Positions 1-9,384 of a DNA stretch of 64,000 bases are shown piece by piece. Position 1 is the first letter of the stretch; every line of letters begins with the position of its first letter. The notes beneath the pieces were generated by a model. That model did no database searches and had not been told where the DNA came from. It saw only the letters and a list, made by a program, of their open reading frames with translations. This DNA is from an uncultured Nitrososphaerota archaeon (GTDB lineage Archaea; Thermoproteota; Nitrososphaeria; Nitrososphaerales; Gagatemarchaeaceae), in NCBI GenBank assembly GCA_963749225.1, contig CAVVLY010000005.1, positions 95,437 through 159,436 on the forward strand, in the 5' to 3' direction. The position numbers and the translations under genes were made by a program.

Positions 1-963
1 TGGGGAACCGTTACGCTGACGTTCATCATAGCAAGGGTCCTGCCGAGCAATCCCATAGCAATAGTGATCGGCGAGCACCCCACGATCAACCCGCAAATCG
101 TGAAGGACCTATACGCGATATGGGGGCTGAACAAGCCGCTCCCAGTGCAGTACGTCGATTACATCGAGTCTATACTCCATGGTAATCTGGGCGTGTCATT
201 CTCGTCCGGGCGTCCTGTCGCGCTGGATATAGAGACAAAACTGCCCGCCACTATTGAACTCTCCGTTTCAGCCTTGATTTTCACCCTAATCATTGGAGTC
301 CCGATCGCTGTGATCGCTGCGACGCGGAAGAACTCAATCATCGACCACGCTTCCCGAGTCTTCGCAATCATTGGCTATTCGGCGCCGTCGTTCTGGATTG
401 GAATTGTCCTGCTCGAAATCTTCTTCAGATACCTTGGACTGGTGGGCATCGGACGCCTGAGTCCTCAGTTCAATCCGCCGCCATTCAGGACCGGATTCTT
501 GACGATTGACACGCTCTTGGCCGGGAACACCACGGAGTTCTTCGATGCGCTCGCTCATCTGGTTCTTCCCGGCATAACGCTTGCCCTCGGAGGCGCTGCC
601 GTGGTGATGCGCCTATTGCGATCATCCATGCTCGAAGCCTTGAACTCTGACCACGTGCGGACCGCCAGAATGAAGGGACTCAGCGAGCGGGTTGTGATAT
701 ACAGACACGTATTTCGCAACGCCCTCCTCCCCATGACCACCTTTACCGGACTCCTGATCGGAGGATTCCTCAGCGGCGCGGTCCTCACCGAGACGATCTT
801 CAACTGGAACGGGATCGGCCAGTATACCGTTAGCGCCATCTACACAAGCGACTACCCAGCCCTGCAGGGGGTGGTCCTCGTCGACGCATTCCTTTACGCG
901 ACTGCGAACCTGGTTGTGGACTTGGCATACGGAATCATCGACCCGAGGATCAGAGTCGGTTGA
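1..963 (+). CDS. Peptide/nickel-type ABC transporter permease (DppB/OppB-like); 5' end cut by window edge
   Basis: The frame is open from nt 1 (WGTVTLTFIIARVLPSNP...) into listed ORF 64..963. Multiple hydrophobic spans. Permease EAA-loop-like 'HVRTARMKGLSERVVIYRHVFRNALLP'. C-terminal 'IDPRIRV'. The stop overlaps the TTG start of the next permease. Confidence 0.9.
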   Translation, partial: WGTVTLTFIIARVLPSNPIAIVIGEHPTINPQIVKDLYAIWGLNKPLPVQYVDYIESILHGNLGVSFSSGRPVALDIETKLPATIELSVSALIFTLIIGVPIAVIAATRKNSIIDHASRVFAIIGYSAPSFWIGIVLLEIFFRYLGLVGIGRLSPQFNPPPFRTGFLTIDTLLAGNTTEFFDALAHLVLPGITLALGGAAVVMRLLRSSMLEALNSDHVRTARMKGLSERVVIYRHVFRNALLPMTTFTGLLIGGFLSGAVLTETIFNWNGIGQYTVSAIYTSDYPALQGVVLVDAFLYATANLVVDLAYGIIDPRIRVG

Positions 964-1863
964 CCCAGGAAGAACCGCCCGGCATTCGCAAGAGACTCTC
1001 CCAGGACCCCCGATTCAGGGACTGGGCCTTCACCTTCGGTCTGATGAGGAGGAGCAAGCTGACGGTGTTTTCGGCGGCAGTCGTTGTTGGCTCCTATGTG
1101 CTGGCACTTTTCGCCCCGTACATCTCTCCGTACGCACCCAACGCGCAGAATCTCTTCTTGACATTTGCCGGCCCCAGCCTCGCCCATCCTCTCGGCACTG
1201 ACGAGCTTGGGAGGGACATCCTGAGCCGAATCATATGGGGCTCGCAGGTGTCGATGGAGATTGGAATCATCATTGTGGCACTCAGCACTGCGATTGGCCT
1301 TCCTCTCGGCGCCATCGCGGGCTACTACGGCAAATGGGTGGACGAGGTGATAATGAGGATAACCGACATCGTAATCTCGTTCCCCGGCATCGTGTTAGCT
1401 GTACCTATTCGCATATATCCTTGGTAGAGGCCCCGTCGCAGCATTTCTTGCGTTGTCGCTCGTTACCTGGCCTGCCGTAGCGAGGATAGTGAGGGGGACG
1501 GTGCTGCTCGAAAAGGAGAAGGAGTACGCCACCGCAGCGAAAGTGATTGGCAAGGGGAATCTCAGGATATTGTTTTCTGAGATAATCCCTAACTCGATAC
1601 AGCCGGTAATCGTCTGGAGCTCATTGTCGCTTGGGAGCGCAATAGTTTCTCTGGCCGGTCTGAGTTTCATTGGAGTAGGGGTCCAGCCCCCGACCGCAGA
1701 CTGGGGTTCGATGGTCTCGGAGGGCAACGAGTTCATTCTTCGCGAGCCCCTTTTGGCCATTATCCCCGGGGTCGTAATCGTCATCGTTTGTCTCAGCTTC
1801 AACATAATCGGCGACAGTTTGCAGGACGCGCTGGATCCGCAGATAAGGAGAGCGGGCCAGTGA
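960..1863 (+). pseudogene. ABC transporter permease (DppC/OppC-like); frame broken once near nt 1397-1403 (real pseudogene or indel error)
   Basis: ORFs 960..1427 and 1453..1863 are the two halves of one permease. '...ITDIVISFPGIVLA' continues in the next frame as 'LYLFAYILGRGPVAAFLALSLVTWPAVARIVRG'. Typical C-terminus 'GDSLQDALDPQIR'. Confidence 0.85.
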
Positions 1864-2115
1864 CTAGGTTCGAATGTTAGCTTGTCCTGCGAGTCTCTCC
1901 TCGGGAAGGAGCTGTTCTTCGGCAAAGCCAAAGACGATGGCGCCGCCGCGCTCCAACGAGCAAGAACAGACAACGTATCGACTTGGCTCGCCTGAGACCA
2001 TGCGCGAATAATGTGGAAATTCCTACAAGCAATAAGCGTCATTGAGAAACACTGATGGGCCATCAACCGTCAACAGATGCTGCAAAACTGCCCGAAGCCG
2101 CCATCGCGTCAACGC

Positions 2116-2123
2116 ATATATAC
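2116..2123 (+). promoter_or_regulatory. TATA-box-like element (atatatac) for the SBP gene
   Basis: AT-rich octamer in GC-rich DNA, centred ~26 nt upstream of the in-frame TTG at 2146. This matches archaeal leaderless promoter geometry. Confidence 0.45.
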
Positions 2124-2145
2124 ACCAAACTGGCTTGCCGGGACG

Positions 2146-3945
2146 TTGAGAAGAAGCACTAAGGCTATCTCTACTTCTATTGTCGCGATTGTCATCATCG
2201 TGATCCTCATCGGATCTGGTGTCGCAGTTTACTTTGCAAGTCAGAATACAAAGACCCAGACCGTCACGGTATCCAATACTAGTATCACGGGCACGTCGAT
2301 AGTTAGTTCTTCTTCTTCTTCTTCTGCTCAAAGTTCAGGGTCTATTCCGGCAAACACGCTTGTGATAGGTGTCACCAGTCCCGAGTGGGGAACTGACGCG
2401 ATCGATGTCGATCCAGATGATTCTATCGGGGCGAACGTCGGTTGGAGTCAGATGAACTATGAGAGCCTCTACCAGATGAACCCAGTTGATATCAAGGATA
2501 ACGGGACCTACGTTCCCATTCCTTGGCTAGCGACTAACGCGACTGAATCGGCAAACGGATTGACCTATGTTATCAACCTAAGGGCAAACGTTCACTTCCA
2601 CACCGGGAACGTCATGACCGCCAGGGATGTACAGTGGTCGTTTGACAGGGCCCTGTTCTTCAACCTGACAGCGGCGATGATCAGCGCCCCGGGAGGCGGA
2701 TGGACTAGCCGTTCTTACTTCACTTCCATGGAGAACGTAAGTGTCTCCGGGCCGCTCCAGGTCACCTTCACCCTGTTCCACCCGGACCCGCTTTTCTACC
2801 AGGAGCTCGCAAGTGAAGCGCTCCCGATATTGGACTCCACTGTCCTACAGTCCCATGCGGTGATGCAGAACGGTACCAGTGACCTGGGCTACACATGGCT
2901 CAGCACCTACTACACTAGTGACGTGGGAACCGGACCCTTCGTGATGACGAACTACATCCCCGAGCAGAGGGCGCAGTTTGCCAACTTCCCAGGGTACTGG
3001 GGTGGACCTTACGGGGTCAATACGACTGTAACGAGCGTGACCTTCATCCCCATCGCTGACGCAACGACCGCCGGCTTTGAGCTCGAAAAGGGCCAGATCA
3101 ACGTGCTCATGGATGCTACGCCCTCTGTACTTAGTTCCCTAGAAGGCGCGGGAGGATACGGAATCATCCACTCGCCAACTTTCGAGGACATGAACCTCGA
3201 AATGCACGTGGTCGGACCGCTATCAGACTGGAGGGTTAGGAGTGCGCTGATGGAGGCAATCGACTATCAGGGAATCATCAGTGCAGTCACGTTCGGGCTG
3301 GATACCATCGACAATTCCGAGTTCCTTCAGGGCATGCAGGGATGGACGAACGCCACAGCGACATACTGGGAAAACCATGAGAATATCACAAACGCCAAGG
3401 CTCTCCTAGCGCAAGCTGGGTATGCAAACGGCTTCTCAGTCACCCTCTACACCAGGCCAGGTTCAAGGTACGGAGTCGAATTCGACACGCTCTCTCAGAT
3501 TCTCGTGAGCGATTGGGCCCAGATAGGGGTAACGACGACAATTGAAGTCTACGAGGTAGGTCAGTTCTACCAGCTCGACTACAACCAGTCCCTTCCAGGG
3601 ATCTGGACCGAGCCCAACAGCCTTGGTCTCTTCAGTGCGGCGTCGAACCTAGATTCGACCCTCTTCCCATCGAGCACCATCAACGGCTGGAACGCGCACA
3701 CCGAAACGGGCCCTGGCATCAACTTCACTTATCTGGACGACACCTACAATGAGTCTCTCGCCGATACGAATGCGACACAAAGCGTTCAGCTAATGCAACA
3801 GGTGGACGCCTACTATACGCAGTACGGACAGTACCACCCCATAATTCAGTCGTCCCTCGCGGTTGCCTACGCCTCAGACATAAGTGGAATGGTCTGGAAC
3901 TCGTACACTGACATGCCTGACCCCACTTATCTCAGCGTTAACTGA
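2146..3945 (+). CDS. ABC transporter substrate-binding protein, family 5 (peptide/nickel), membrane-anchored with a Ser-rich linker
   Basis: ORF 2077..3945. N-terminal 'RRSTKAISTSIVAIVIIVILIGSGVAVYF' anchor, then 'SSSSSSSAQSSG' linker, then a ~550-aa SBP_bac_5-like body. The start at TTG 2146 is preferred because of the TATA spacing. The maximal ORF starts at 2077. Confidence 0.85.
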   Translation: MRRSTKAISTSIVAIVIIVILIGSGVAVYFASQNTKTQTVTVSNTSITGTSIVSSSSSSSAQSSGSIPANTLVIGVTSPEWGTDAIDVDPDDSIGANVGWSQMNYESLYQMNPVDIKDNGTYVPIPWLATNATESANGLTYVINLRANVHFHTGNVMTARDVQWSFDRALFFNLTAAMISAPGGGWTSRSYFTSMENVSVSGPLQVTFTLFHPDPLFYQELASEALPILDSTVLQSHAVMQNGTSDLGYTWLSTYYTSDVGTGPFVMTNYIPEQRAQFANFPGYWGGPYGVNTTVTSVTFIPIADATTAGFELEKGQINVLMDATPSVLSSLEGAGGYGIIHSPTFEDMNLEMHVVGPLSDWRVRSALMEAIDYQGIISAVTFGLDTIDNSEFLQGMQGWTNATATYWENHENITNAKALLAQAGYANGFSVTLYTRPGSRYGVEFDTLSQILVSDWAQIGVTTTIEVYEVGQFYQLDYNQSLPGIWTEPNSLGLFSAASNLDSTLFPSSTINGWNAHTETGPGINFTYLDDTYNESLADTNATQSVQLMQQVDAYYTQYGQYHPIIQSSLAVAYASDISGMVWNSYTDMPDPTYLSVN

Positions 3946-4267
3946 GAGTAGAGACGAAGCAGAGTCAAGGTTCGGGTTCGGCCGCACATCTGTGTCAGGC
4001 AAGGGCGAGCTGAAACCCACTCCTGCTGAAGGGATGGGATAGGGCGAAAGGGGATCAAGCACCTTACCGAAGACTGACCCTACGCCGAAGAGTCACAGCA
4101 GCCCATCGTTGATGGACCAGACCCGGTGAGGTCTCCGGTCAGAAGAAGTTTCTCGGGACATGTGACATGCGTTCTGTGGCATAGGCGCCGAACTCCCTGT
4201 GTTAGGCAAGGTTCCCCATTGCCGGTGACATCAAGCCTTAAGTGACCTCTGGCCGCATTGTGAGCGG

Positions 4268-5452
4268 TTGTACGAGCTCGTCGTAAAGGGCGGTAGGCTC
4301 ATGGACCCGGAGAGGGGGGTCAACGAAAGGAAGGACATCGCGGTCTCAAGGGGAAGGGTGGCGGAGGTCTCCTCGTCCATATCGACCTCGAACGCCCGGC
4401 GGGTGATAGACGCGAGGGGCAAGATAGTCTCTCCCGGCTTCGTCGATATCCATACCCACGTGGCCAGGGACATCGTGAGGTTGAGCATAGACACCGAGAC
4501 GCTCTGCCTCCCCAACGGCGCGACCACCGTCGTCGACGCCGGCACCACGGGCGAGCTGAACTTCGTGCCCTTCAAGAAATATGTGATCGACGAGAGTCAG
4601 ACGCGGATACTTGCCTTCATCAACGTAGAGTCACTGGGCATGCTCGAGTTCATGGAGCAGAACAGCCCGAACTGGAGCGACCAGGGATGGTCCGACCTGA
4701 TCTCGGGGATGAATGACGCCTTCGCCCCGCTCTTCGCCAACGCCAAGAACCTCAGCGAATTGATACGCAAGAACCGGAGGACCATCGTAGGCATCAAGTG
4801 GGCCCACCACGGGATCCCCCTCCTCAAGATAGCGCGGTCGGTCGCGGAAGAGGTCGGTTGTCCCATCATGGCCGAGAACGTGCTCGTCCCGGACTCGACG
4901 AAGCTCCTGAAGAGAGGGGATATCATCACGCACGTCTACCTGCCCCCCTCGCCGCCAGAAGGAGGCAGGCCTGGGAACGGGCTGACGCCGAACGGGAAGA
5001 GGGAGATCCTGCCCGAGTTCTTCGAGGCCGTGAGACGAGGGGTCCTCCTCGACGTTGGGCATGGGAAGGGGAGCTTCTCCTGGGAAACCGCGGCCCTCGC
5101 CCTCAAAGAAGGACTGCCTCCTGACACCATCAGCACAGACCTCTGGGTGGGCAACGTGAACGGGCCCGTCTACAACATGCCGACGACGATGAGCAAGCTG
5201 CTCCACCTTGGGATGACGCTTGAAGCCGTCGTCAAGGCGAGCACGGCGACGCCCGCCCGGGCGATAGGTCGGCGAGGGGAGATCGGGACGCTAAAGCCCG
5301 GTGCAGTCGCTGACATCGCGTGTTTCAAGGTGGTCGAGGGGAAGCACCCTCTCGTGGACGTCCGAGGCAAGAAGCAGATCGCCGAGAGGATGATCACGGT
5401 CACAGACGTTGTGAGAGGAGGAAGGGTCGTGAACTCTGGCAATCTCGCCTGA
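4268..5452 (+). CDS. Amidohydrolase-superfamily metallohydrolase (D-aminoacylase/deacetylase-like)
   Basis: N-terminus 'ELVVKGGRLMDPERG...IDARGKIVSPGFVDIHTHV' carries the classic HxH metal motif of the amidohydrolase fold. 394 aa. Confidence 0.8.
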   Translation: MYELVVKGGRLMDPERGVNERKDIAVSRGRVAEVSSSISTSNARRVIDARGKIVSPGFVDIHTHVARDIVRLSIDTETLCLPNGATTVVDAGTTGELNFVPFKKYVIDESQTRILAFINVESLGMLEFMEQNSPNWSDQGWSDLISGMNDAFAPLFANAKNLSELIRKNRRTIVGIKWAHHGIPLLKIARSVAEEVGCPIMAENVLVPDSTKLLKRGDIITHVYLPPSPPEGGRPGNGLTPNGKREILPEFFEAVRRGVLLDVGHGKGSFSWETAALALKEGLPPDTISTDLWVGNVNGPVYNMPTTMSKLLHLGMTLEAVVKASTATPARAIGRRGEIGTLKPGAVADIACFKVVEGKHPLVDVRGKKQIAERMITVTDVVRGGRVVNSGNLA

Positions 5453-5469
5453 GGCAGAGTAGCGGACTT

Positions 5470-7851
5470 CTACTTTCTCCGTGCAAAGAGTACCGCGAGC
5501 GCTACCGTCGTGGCGGCCAGGACCCCCACTGCCGCTGCCAACCCGAGTTCGAGGGCAGGTGTGCCGCCCGGTGCCTGAGCGCTCGGCTGCGCCGTGGTGG
5601 TCACAGTCGAGCTCACGGTGTTCGTCTGGGTCGATGTCGCTGTCGCAGCCACTGTTGCCGTCGCTGTCGCCGTAACGGTCGAGTTCAGCGTCGTCGTGAT
5701 TTTGGATGTGACTGTGCTAGCCTGCGCCTGGGTCGTCACCGTTGAGATTGACGTACTCGTGACGATGGAGGCGAGGACCGTCGTCTGCGTAGTTGTGACC
5801 GCTGTAGTCTCTGTCGTCGTGACAGTCACGGTCCCACTCGCCGTGCTGTTGACGACTCCCGGGATCCCTGGACCGGGCTGGACGATGGCGACGGTTCCAG
5901 GGTCCGCGTCCCCGAAGTACAGGTATCCGCTCGCTGTATCGAGTGCCATGCAATTGACAATCTGTCCCGCGCCGACCGATCCCACCTCCAGATCCACCGA
6001 CCCATCGAAAACGTAGGCTCCGAACCCCGTTTCCGTATACACGTAGCCATTAGCGCTGTCGTAGAGCAAGCCCTGTGCACCCTGCGAATCGGCGTAGTAG
6101 ACTATCTGACCGGTGTTCTCGCTGATTGCCAGCAGGTACTCCGGTAGAGGGTTGCCCACTGCCATATAGACCAGGTTGTCGTGTGGGTCGTAGGTTACTG
6201 CCCACGGAAGAAAGCTGGTCCCATTCAGGGTAAGCGGCTGCGTCCTAGTCGCCTGCATGTTCGTCCCGTTGACGAAGACGATTCCCTCCGTGCCAGTGCC
6301 TGCTATGATCAACTGGTCATGAGTTTGATCATAGGTCATCTTGACGGGCATCCCGCTGATCGACGAGTTCAGAGAGATCAGGCTCCGCATCCCCGTGTTC
6401 AGGTTGTCGGCATAGATAGCACCCTCCGTGTCGAGCAACACGAACAGAGTGTCGTCCTTCGAGTCGTACGCTATGGAGCTGGCAGGGAAGCCGACCTGGA
6501 TCTTCCCAACGATCTTTGACGACGTCCCGTTCACGACGAAGATGGTATCGTTCCCGGGGGCGACGTAGACCAGTCCGGTCCTAGTCGAGACCGCAACGGT
6601 CACCGACGCGAAGGTATCGTTCGTAGTTCCAAGCTCCACGGAACCCACCAGCTTTCCGCCCGCAAGGACGCTGAGCAGTGATTCACCGGAGCCATCGAGC
6701 ACGGAATACACGTCCATCGTCCCGTCGTGAGCGTTGTAGGCGATGGCTTCCGGAGCCGTGAACAACGCATACACCTCAGCGAGGGCTAGATTCTGGGTGT
6801 TGACCACCGCGACGGACTCCGAACTGGTCACGAGGTACGCCAGGTCGTTGTCCGCGTCGCTCGCGGCGGCCTGCACGACCTGCGACGTGTTGAGAGACGC
6901 GATCATGGTGCCTGTCGCGGGGTTGATCTCCGAGATGTTGTCCTCTGCTCCACCGTAATAGTAGCCCGCAGCGAACACTAGTCCTGACTTCGGACCTACG
7001 AAGACGCTCTCCGGATAGGCGTACAGGCTGGTGTTCATGACGACGTTTTCGCTGGTATCGATCCCGATGACGCGGGAGCGGATACTGGAGTTGAAAACGT
7101 AGGCGAAGCTCGTGACATAGACGTCGTTGTTCAAGGGGTCGAAGACCGCCTGGGCTGGCTCGTTTCCGATGCTTATCGTCCCCGTAATGGCGTCCGTGGT
7201 CCCGTCGACCACCACGACCTGGTAACCGTCGCCATCGAGGAAGTAGAGGTTGCCGTTCGCCGGGTTGAACGTGGCCTCTTGGAAGGAACCGGTCGTATTG
7301 ATCAGGGCTATCTGTGCGCCGCTGGCGAGGTCGAAGGCCTGTATTCCGGTGCCTTCGTAGATTCCTCCCACGAAGAGGCGGTCGTTGGCCGTGTCGATAG
7401 CCATGCCTCCTGGCTCGCTTATCGAAGTGAGGTTCGCGGCAATCTGGTCGGTGGTCGTGTTAATCGCAATGATGTGCCCTGGGTCGTTCTGGTACGGGGA
7501 CCCCAAAGCCGCGACGTACAGGTAACCGTTCAGGGGGTCGAACACGACGTTTTCGGCGACGCCCCCGAGATTGATCTCGGGCAGAGTAGTGTTCGTCACC
7601 GTGTCGAAGACCGAGATGTCGCCGTAGAGCTGAAGAGTGTAGAGGAGGCGGTTCGCCGGGTCGAAAACCGAAGTTAGCGGATAGTAGACGTATCCCCCCG
7701 CGCCCGTGACGTTGCCCCCTGAATAGGGGTCGACTCTGGAGACGACGGCACCACCCGGGTTGAATTGCTGCGGCGGCGACGAAAGCGCAGGTGGAACGAC
7801 CAGCAACGTCAGGAGCACGATGATGACCACTGCGGGGATGCGGCGTTGCAA
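5470..7851 (-). CDS. Cell-surface YVTN-type beta-propeller repeat protein with Thr-rich stalk and C-terminal TM anchor
   Basis: Signal-like 'QRRIPAVVIIVLLTLLVVPPALS'. Many ~40-aa repeats ('...FDPLNGYLYVA', 'VFDPLNNDVYVT', 'TYDPHDNLVYMA'). A long T/S/V-rich tract is followed by 'LGLAAAVGVLAATTVALAVLFARRK'. The listed ORF runs to 8157, but that part overlaps the upstream gene in another frame. In-frame TTG at 7851 is taken as the start. Confidence 0.8.
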   Translation of the reverse strand: MQRRIPAVVIIVLLTLLVVPPALSSPPQQFNPGGAVVSRVDPYSGGNVTGAGGYVYYPLTSVFDPANRLLYTLQLYGDISVFDTVTNTTLPEINLGGVAENVVFDPLNGYLYVAALGSPYQNDPGHIIAINTTTDQIAANLTSISEPGGMAIDTANDRLFVGGIYEGTGIQAFDLASGAQIALINTTGSFQEATFNPANGNLYFLDGDGYQVVVVDGTTDAITGTISIGNEPAQAVFDPLNNDVYVTSFAYVFNSSIRSRVIGIDTSENVVMNTSLYAYPESVFVGPKSGLVFAAGYYYGGAEDNISEINPATGTMIASLNTSQVVQAAASDADNDLAYLVTSSESVAVVNTQNLALAEVYALFTAPEAIAYNAHDGTMDVYSVLDGSGESLLSVLAGGKLVGSVELGTTNDTFASVTVAVSTRTGLVYVAPGNDTIFVVNGTSSKIVGKIQVGFPASSIAYDSKDDTLFVLLDTEGAIYADNLNTGMRSLISLNSSISGMPVKMTYDQTHDQLIIAGTGTEGIVFVNGTNMQATRTQPLTLNGTSFLPWAVTYDPHDNLVYMAVGNPLPEYLLAISENTGQIVYYADSQGAQGLLYDSANGYVYTETGFGAYVFDGSVDLEVGSVGAGQIVNCMALDTASGYLYFGDADPGTVAIVQPGPGIPGVVNSTASGTVTVTTTETTAVTTTQTTVLASIVTSTSISTVTTQAQASTVTSKITTTLNSTVTATATATVAATATSTQTNTVSSTVTTTAQPSAQAPGGTPALELGLAAAVGVLAATTVALAVLFARRK

Positions 7852-7916
7852 TGTCCCGTTTCCCCAACTCTGTGCCGGTTTTTGTATCTTTCTATGACAT
7901 CGTTCGGAACCTTGGA

Positions 7917-9104
7917 TTACTGAGATTTGCCCCTCGCCAGTATGTCCCACTGGACCTCTACGTGGCCCTTCCTCACGCAATAGAACTTGTCGTAGAGGTT
8001 GACCGTCGAGGGCGAGTAGTACGGATAGAACTCCAACCTCTCTCCCACGGTTGGGGCCGGCCCTTCGGTGGTGAGCCATCCGTGCTCCTCCGAGAGGGAG
8101 ACGACCTCGACCCCTTTCTTCGTGGACCTGGGCAGTATGGCCTCGCCGCCGAAGCACTTTATCCCCGCATCGATCAACGCCCTATGCTCGCCGCCCCTGC
8201 TCGTGACCGTGCTCAGCACGGTCAGGGAGTGCTGGAAATCCAGACCCTCGATGTCGTGCTCCACGTCCATGAAGACGTAGGACCCGGCCTGTATCTCGGT
8301 TATGCCATCGAAGTTCGCCGAGATGTTGTAGGTGTTGGTCCCGCCGCAACTGACTATTTCCGTCGCTATGCCATCTTCATTCAGCATCTTCGCCGTAGAG
8401 GTGAGGAGCTTGAGGCTCGCCGTCACCTGGGGAACCCTGTCCGCCATCCTGTCGATCTGCTGCAGATGGCCCTCGTAGCCCATGACCCCTTTGAACTCGA
8501 GGCCCTCTAGCTTGGTTATCTTCCTCGCCAGCGCGAGCACGTCAGCGCCGGGCGGCAGACCGCCCCTTCCCATGCCGATGTCGACCTCGATCACCGCGCC
8601 TATCATTGTGTCCTGGCGGAGCGCTTCCCTGGATGCTGCCTCCGCGACCTGGGGGTCGTCGAACGCTACGCTGACATCCGCGTGCCGGGTGAGCCCCGCG
8701 AGCCTCTCGAGCTTGATCGGCCCCACTATCTGGTTCGCGATGAGAATCTGCCTTATCCCGGAGAATGCCATGACCTCGGCCTCACCGACCTTGGCGCAGG
8801 TCACCCCGATGGCGCCGGCCTGGATCTGTTTGTGGGCGATGGCCGGCGTCTTGTGGACCTTGATGTGCGGCCTCAGGTTGCAATCGGCCTCGTGGCAGAA
8901 GCGACCCATCTTCTCGATGTTCGCCTCGAGCACGTCGAGGTCGATCAAGAGAGCGGGCGTGTCGATATCGGAGACGTCCAACGGGTGCCCAAACCTCCTG
9001 TCAGCGTATTTCAACGTTATCGGGTCTGGTCCGCGCAGGTCTCTCGGGTGAGACGGACAACCTTCATATTGCACTGGACCCACCTCCTCCCGCGTGGCCG
9101 TCAA
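7917..9104 (-). CDS. PLP-dependent D-serine dehydratase-like / D-threonine aldolase (DSD1/D-TA) family enzyme
   Basis: 'DTPALLIDLDVLEANIEKM...LRPHIKVHKTPAIAHKQIQAGAIGVTCAKVGEAEVM' shows an alanine-racemase-N-type fold with the HK lysine. The true start may be the TTG at 9014, because the maximal ORF overlaps the divergent MoaD-like start. Confidence 0.75.
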   Translation of the reverse strand: MTATREEVGPVQYEGCPSHPRDLRGPDPITLKYADRRFGHPLDVSDIDTPALLIDLDVLEANIEKMGRFCHEADCNLRPHIKVHKTPAIAHKQIQAGAIGVTCAKVGEAEVMAFSGIRQILIANQIVGPIKLERLAGLTRHADVSVAFDDPQVAEAASREALRQDTMIGAVIEVDIGMGRGGLPPGADVLALARKITKLEGLEFKGVMGYEGHLQQIDRMADRVPQVTASLKLLTSTAKMLNEDGIATEIVSCGGTNTYNISANFDGITEIQAGSYVFMDVEHDIEGLDFQHSLTVLSTVTSRGGEHRALIDAGIKCFGGEAILPRSTKKGVEVVSLSEEHGWLTTEGPAPTVGERLEFYPYYSPSTVNLYDKFYCVRKGHVEVQWDILARGKSQ

Positions 9105-9384
9105 GGTCTATCTCACTCAGATGCTCGTGCGACACCTTGGGATTGAGCCGGAGTTGACGGCGGAGGCAGAGACCGTCGAGGGGCTGCTCGACTCGATCGA
9201 CGCCGAGCACCAGGGTTTCAAGGACAGCATCTGCGACGAGTCCGGGCGCATAAGGGTATACGTCAACGTCTTCGTGAGCGGCAGGGTACTCGAGCGCGAG
9301 CCGAAGGCTCTATCGACGAGACTATCGGACGGGGACGAAGTGTATATATTGGCGTCCGTCGCCGGAGGAATAAGAAGCCCATGA
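9094..9384 (+). CDS. MoaD/ThiS-family beta-grasp (ubiquitin-like) small protein with di-Gly followed by a 4-residue tail
   Basis: 96 aa. MoaD-like layout ('VKVYL...ETVEGLLDSI...VNVFVSG...GDEVYILASVAGGIRSP'). GTG start. The stop overlaps the ATG of the next gene (ATGA). Confidence 0.65.
   Translation: MAVKVYLTQMLVRHLGIEPELTAEAETVEGLLDSIDAEHQGFKDSICDESGRIRVYVNVFVSGRVLEREPKALSTRLSDGDEVYILASVAGGIRSP

Noticed and set aside
1864-1885. 'aggttcgaatg' resembling a tRNA T-arm downstream of the DppC stop
   Set aside because: I found no acceptor stem, D-arm or anticodon arm in the surrounding 90 nt.
5470-5560. PGF-CTERM/archaeosortase signal on the YVTN protein
   Set aside because: The anchor is 'PALELGLAAAVGVLAATTVALAVLFARRK' with no PGF/PEF/VPXXXP tripeptide. 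Only a generic TM-plus-basic tail can be claimed.
7852-8157. Upstream 102 codons of ORF 5470..8157
   Set aside because: It overlaps the 3' end of the D-TA-family gene in another frame and is R/G-rich. A signal-peptide-like segment begins right after the in-frame TTG at 7851.
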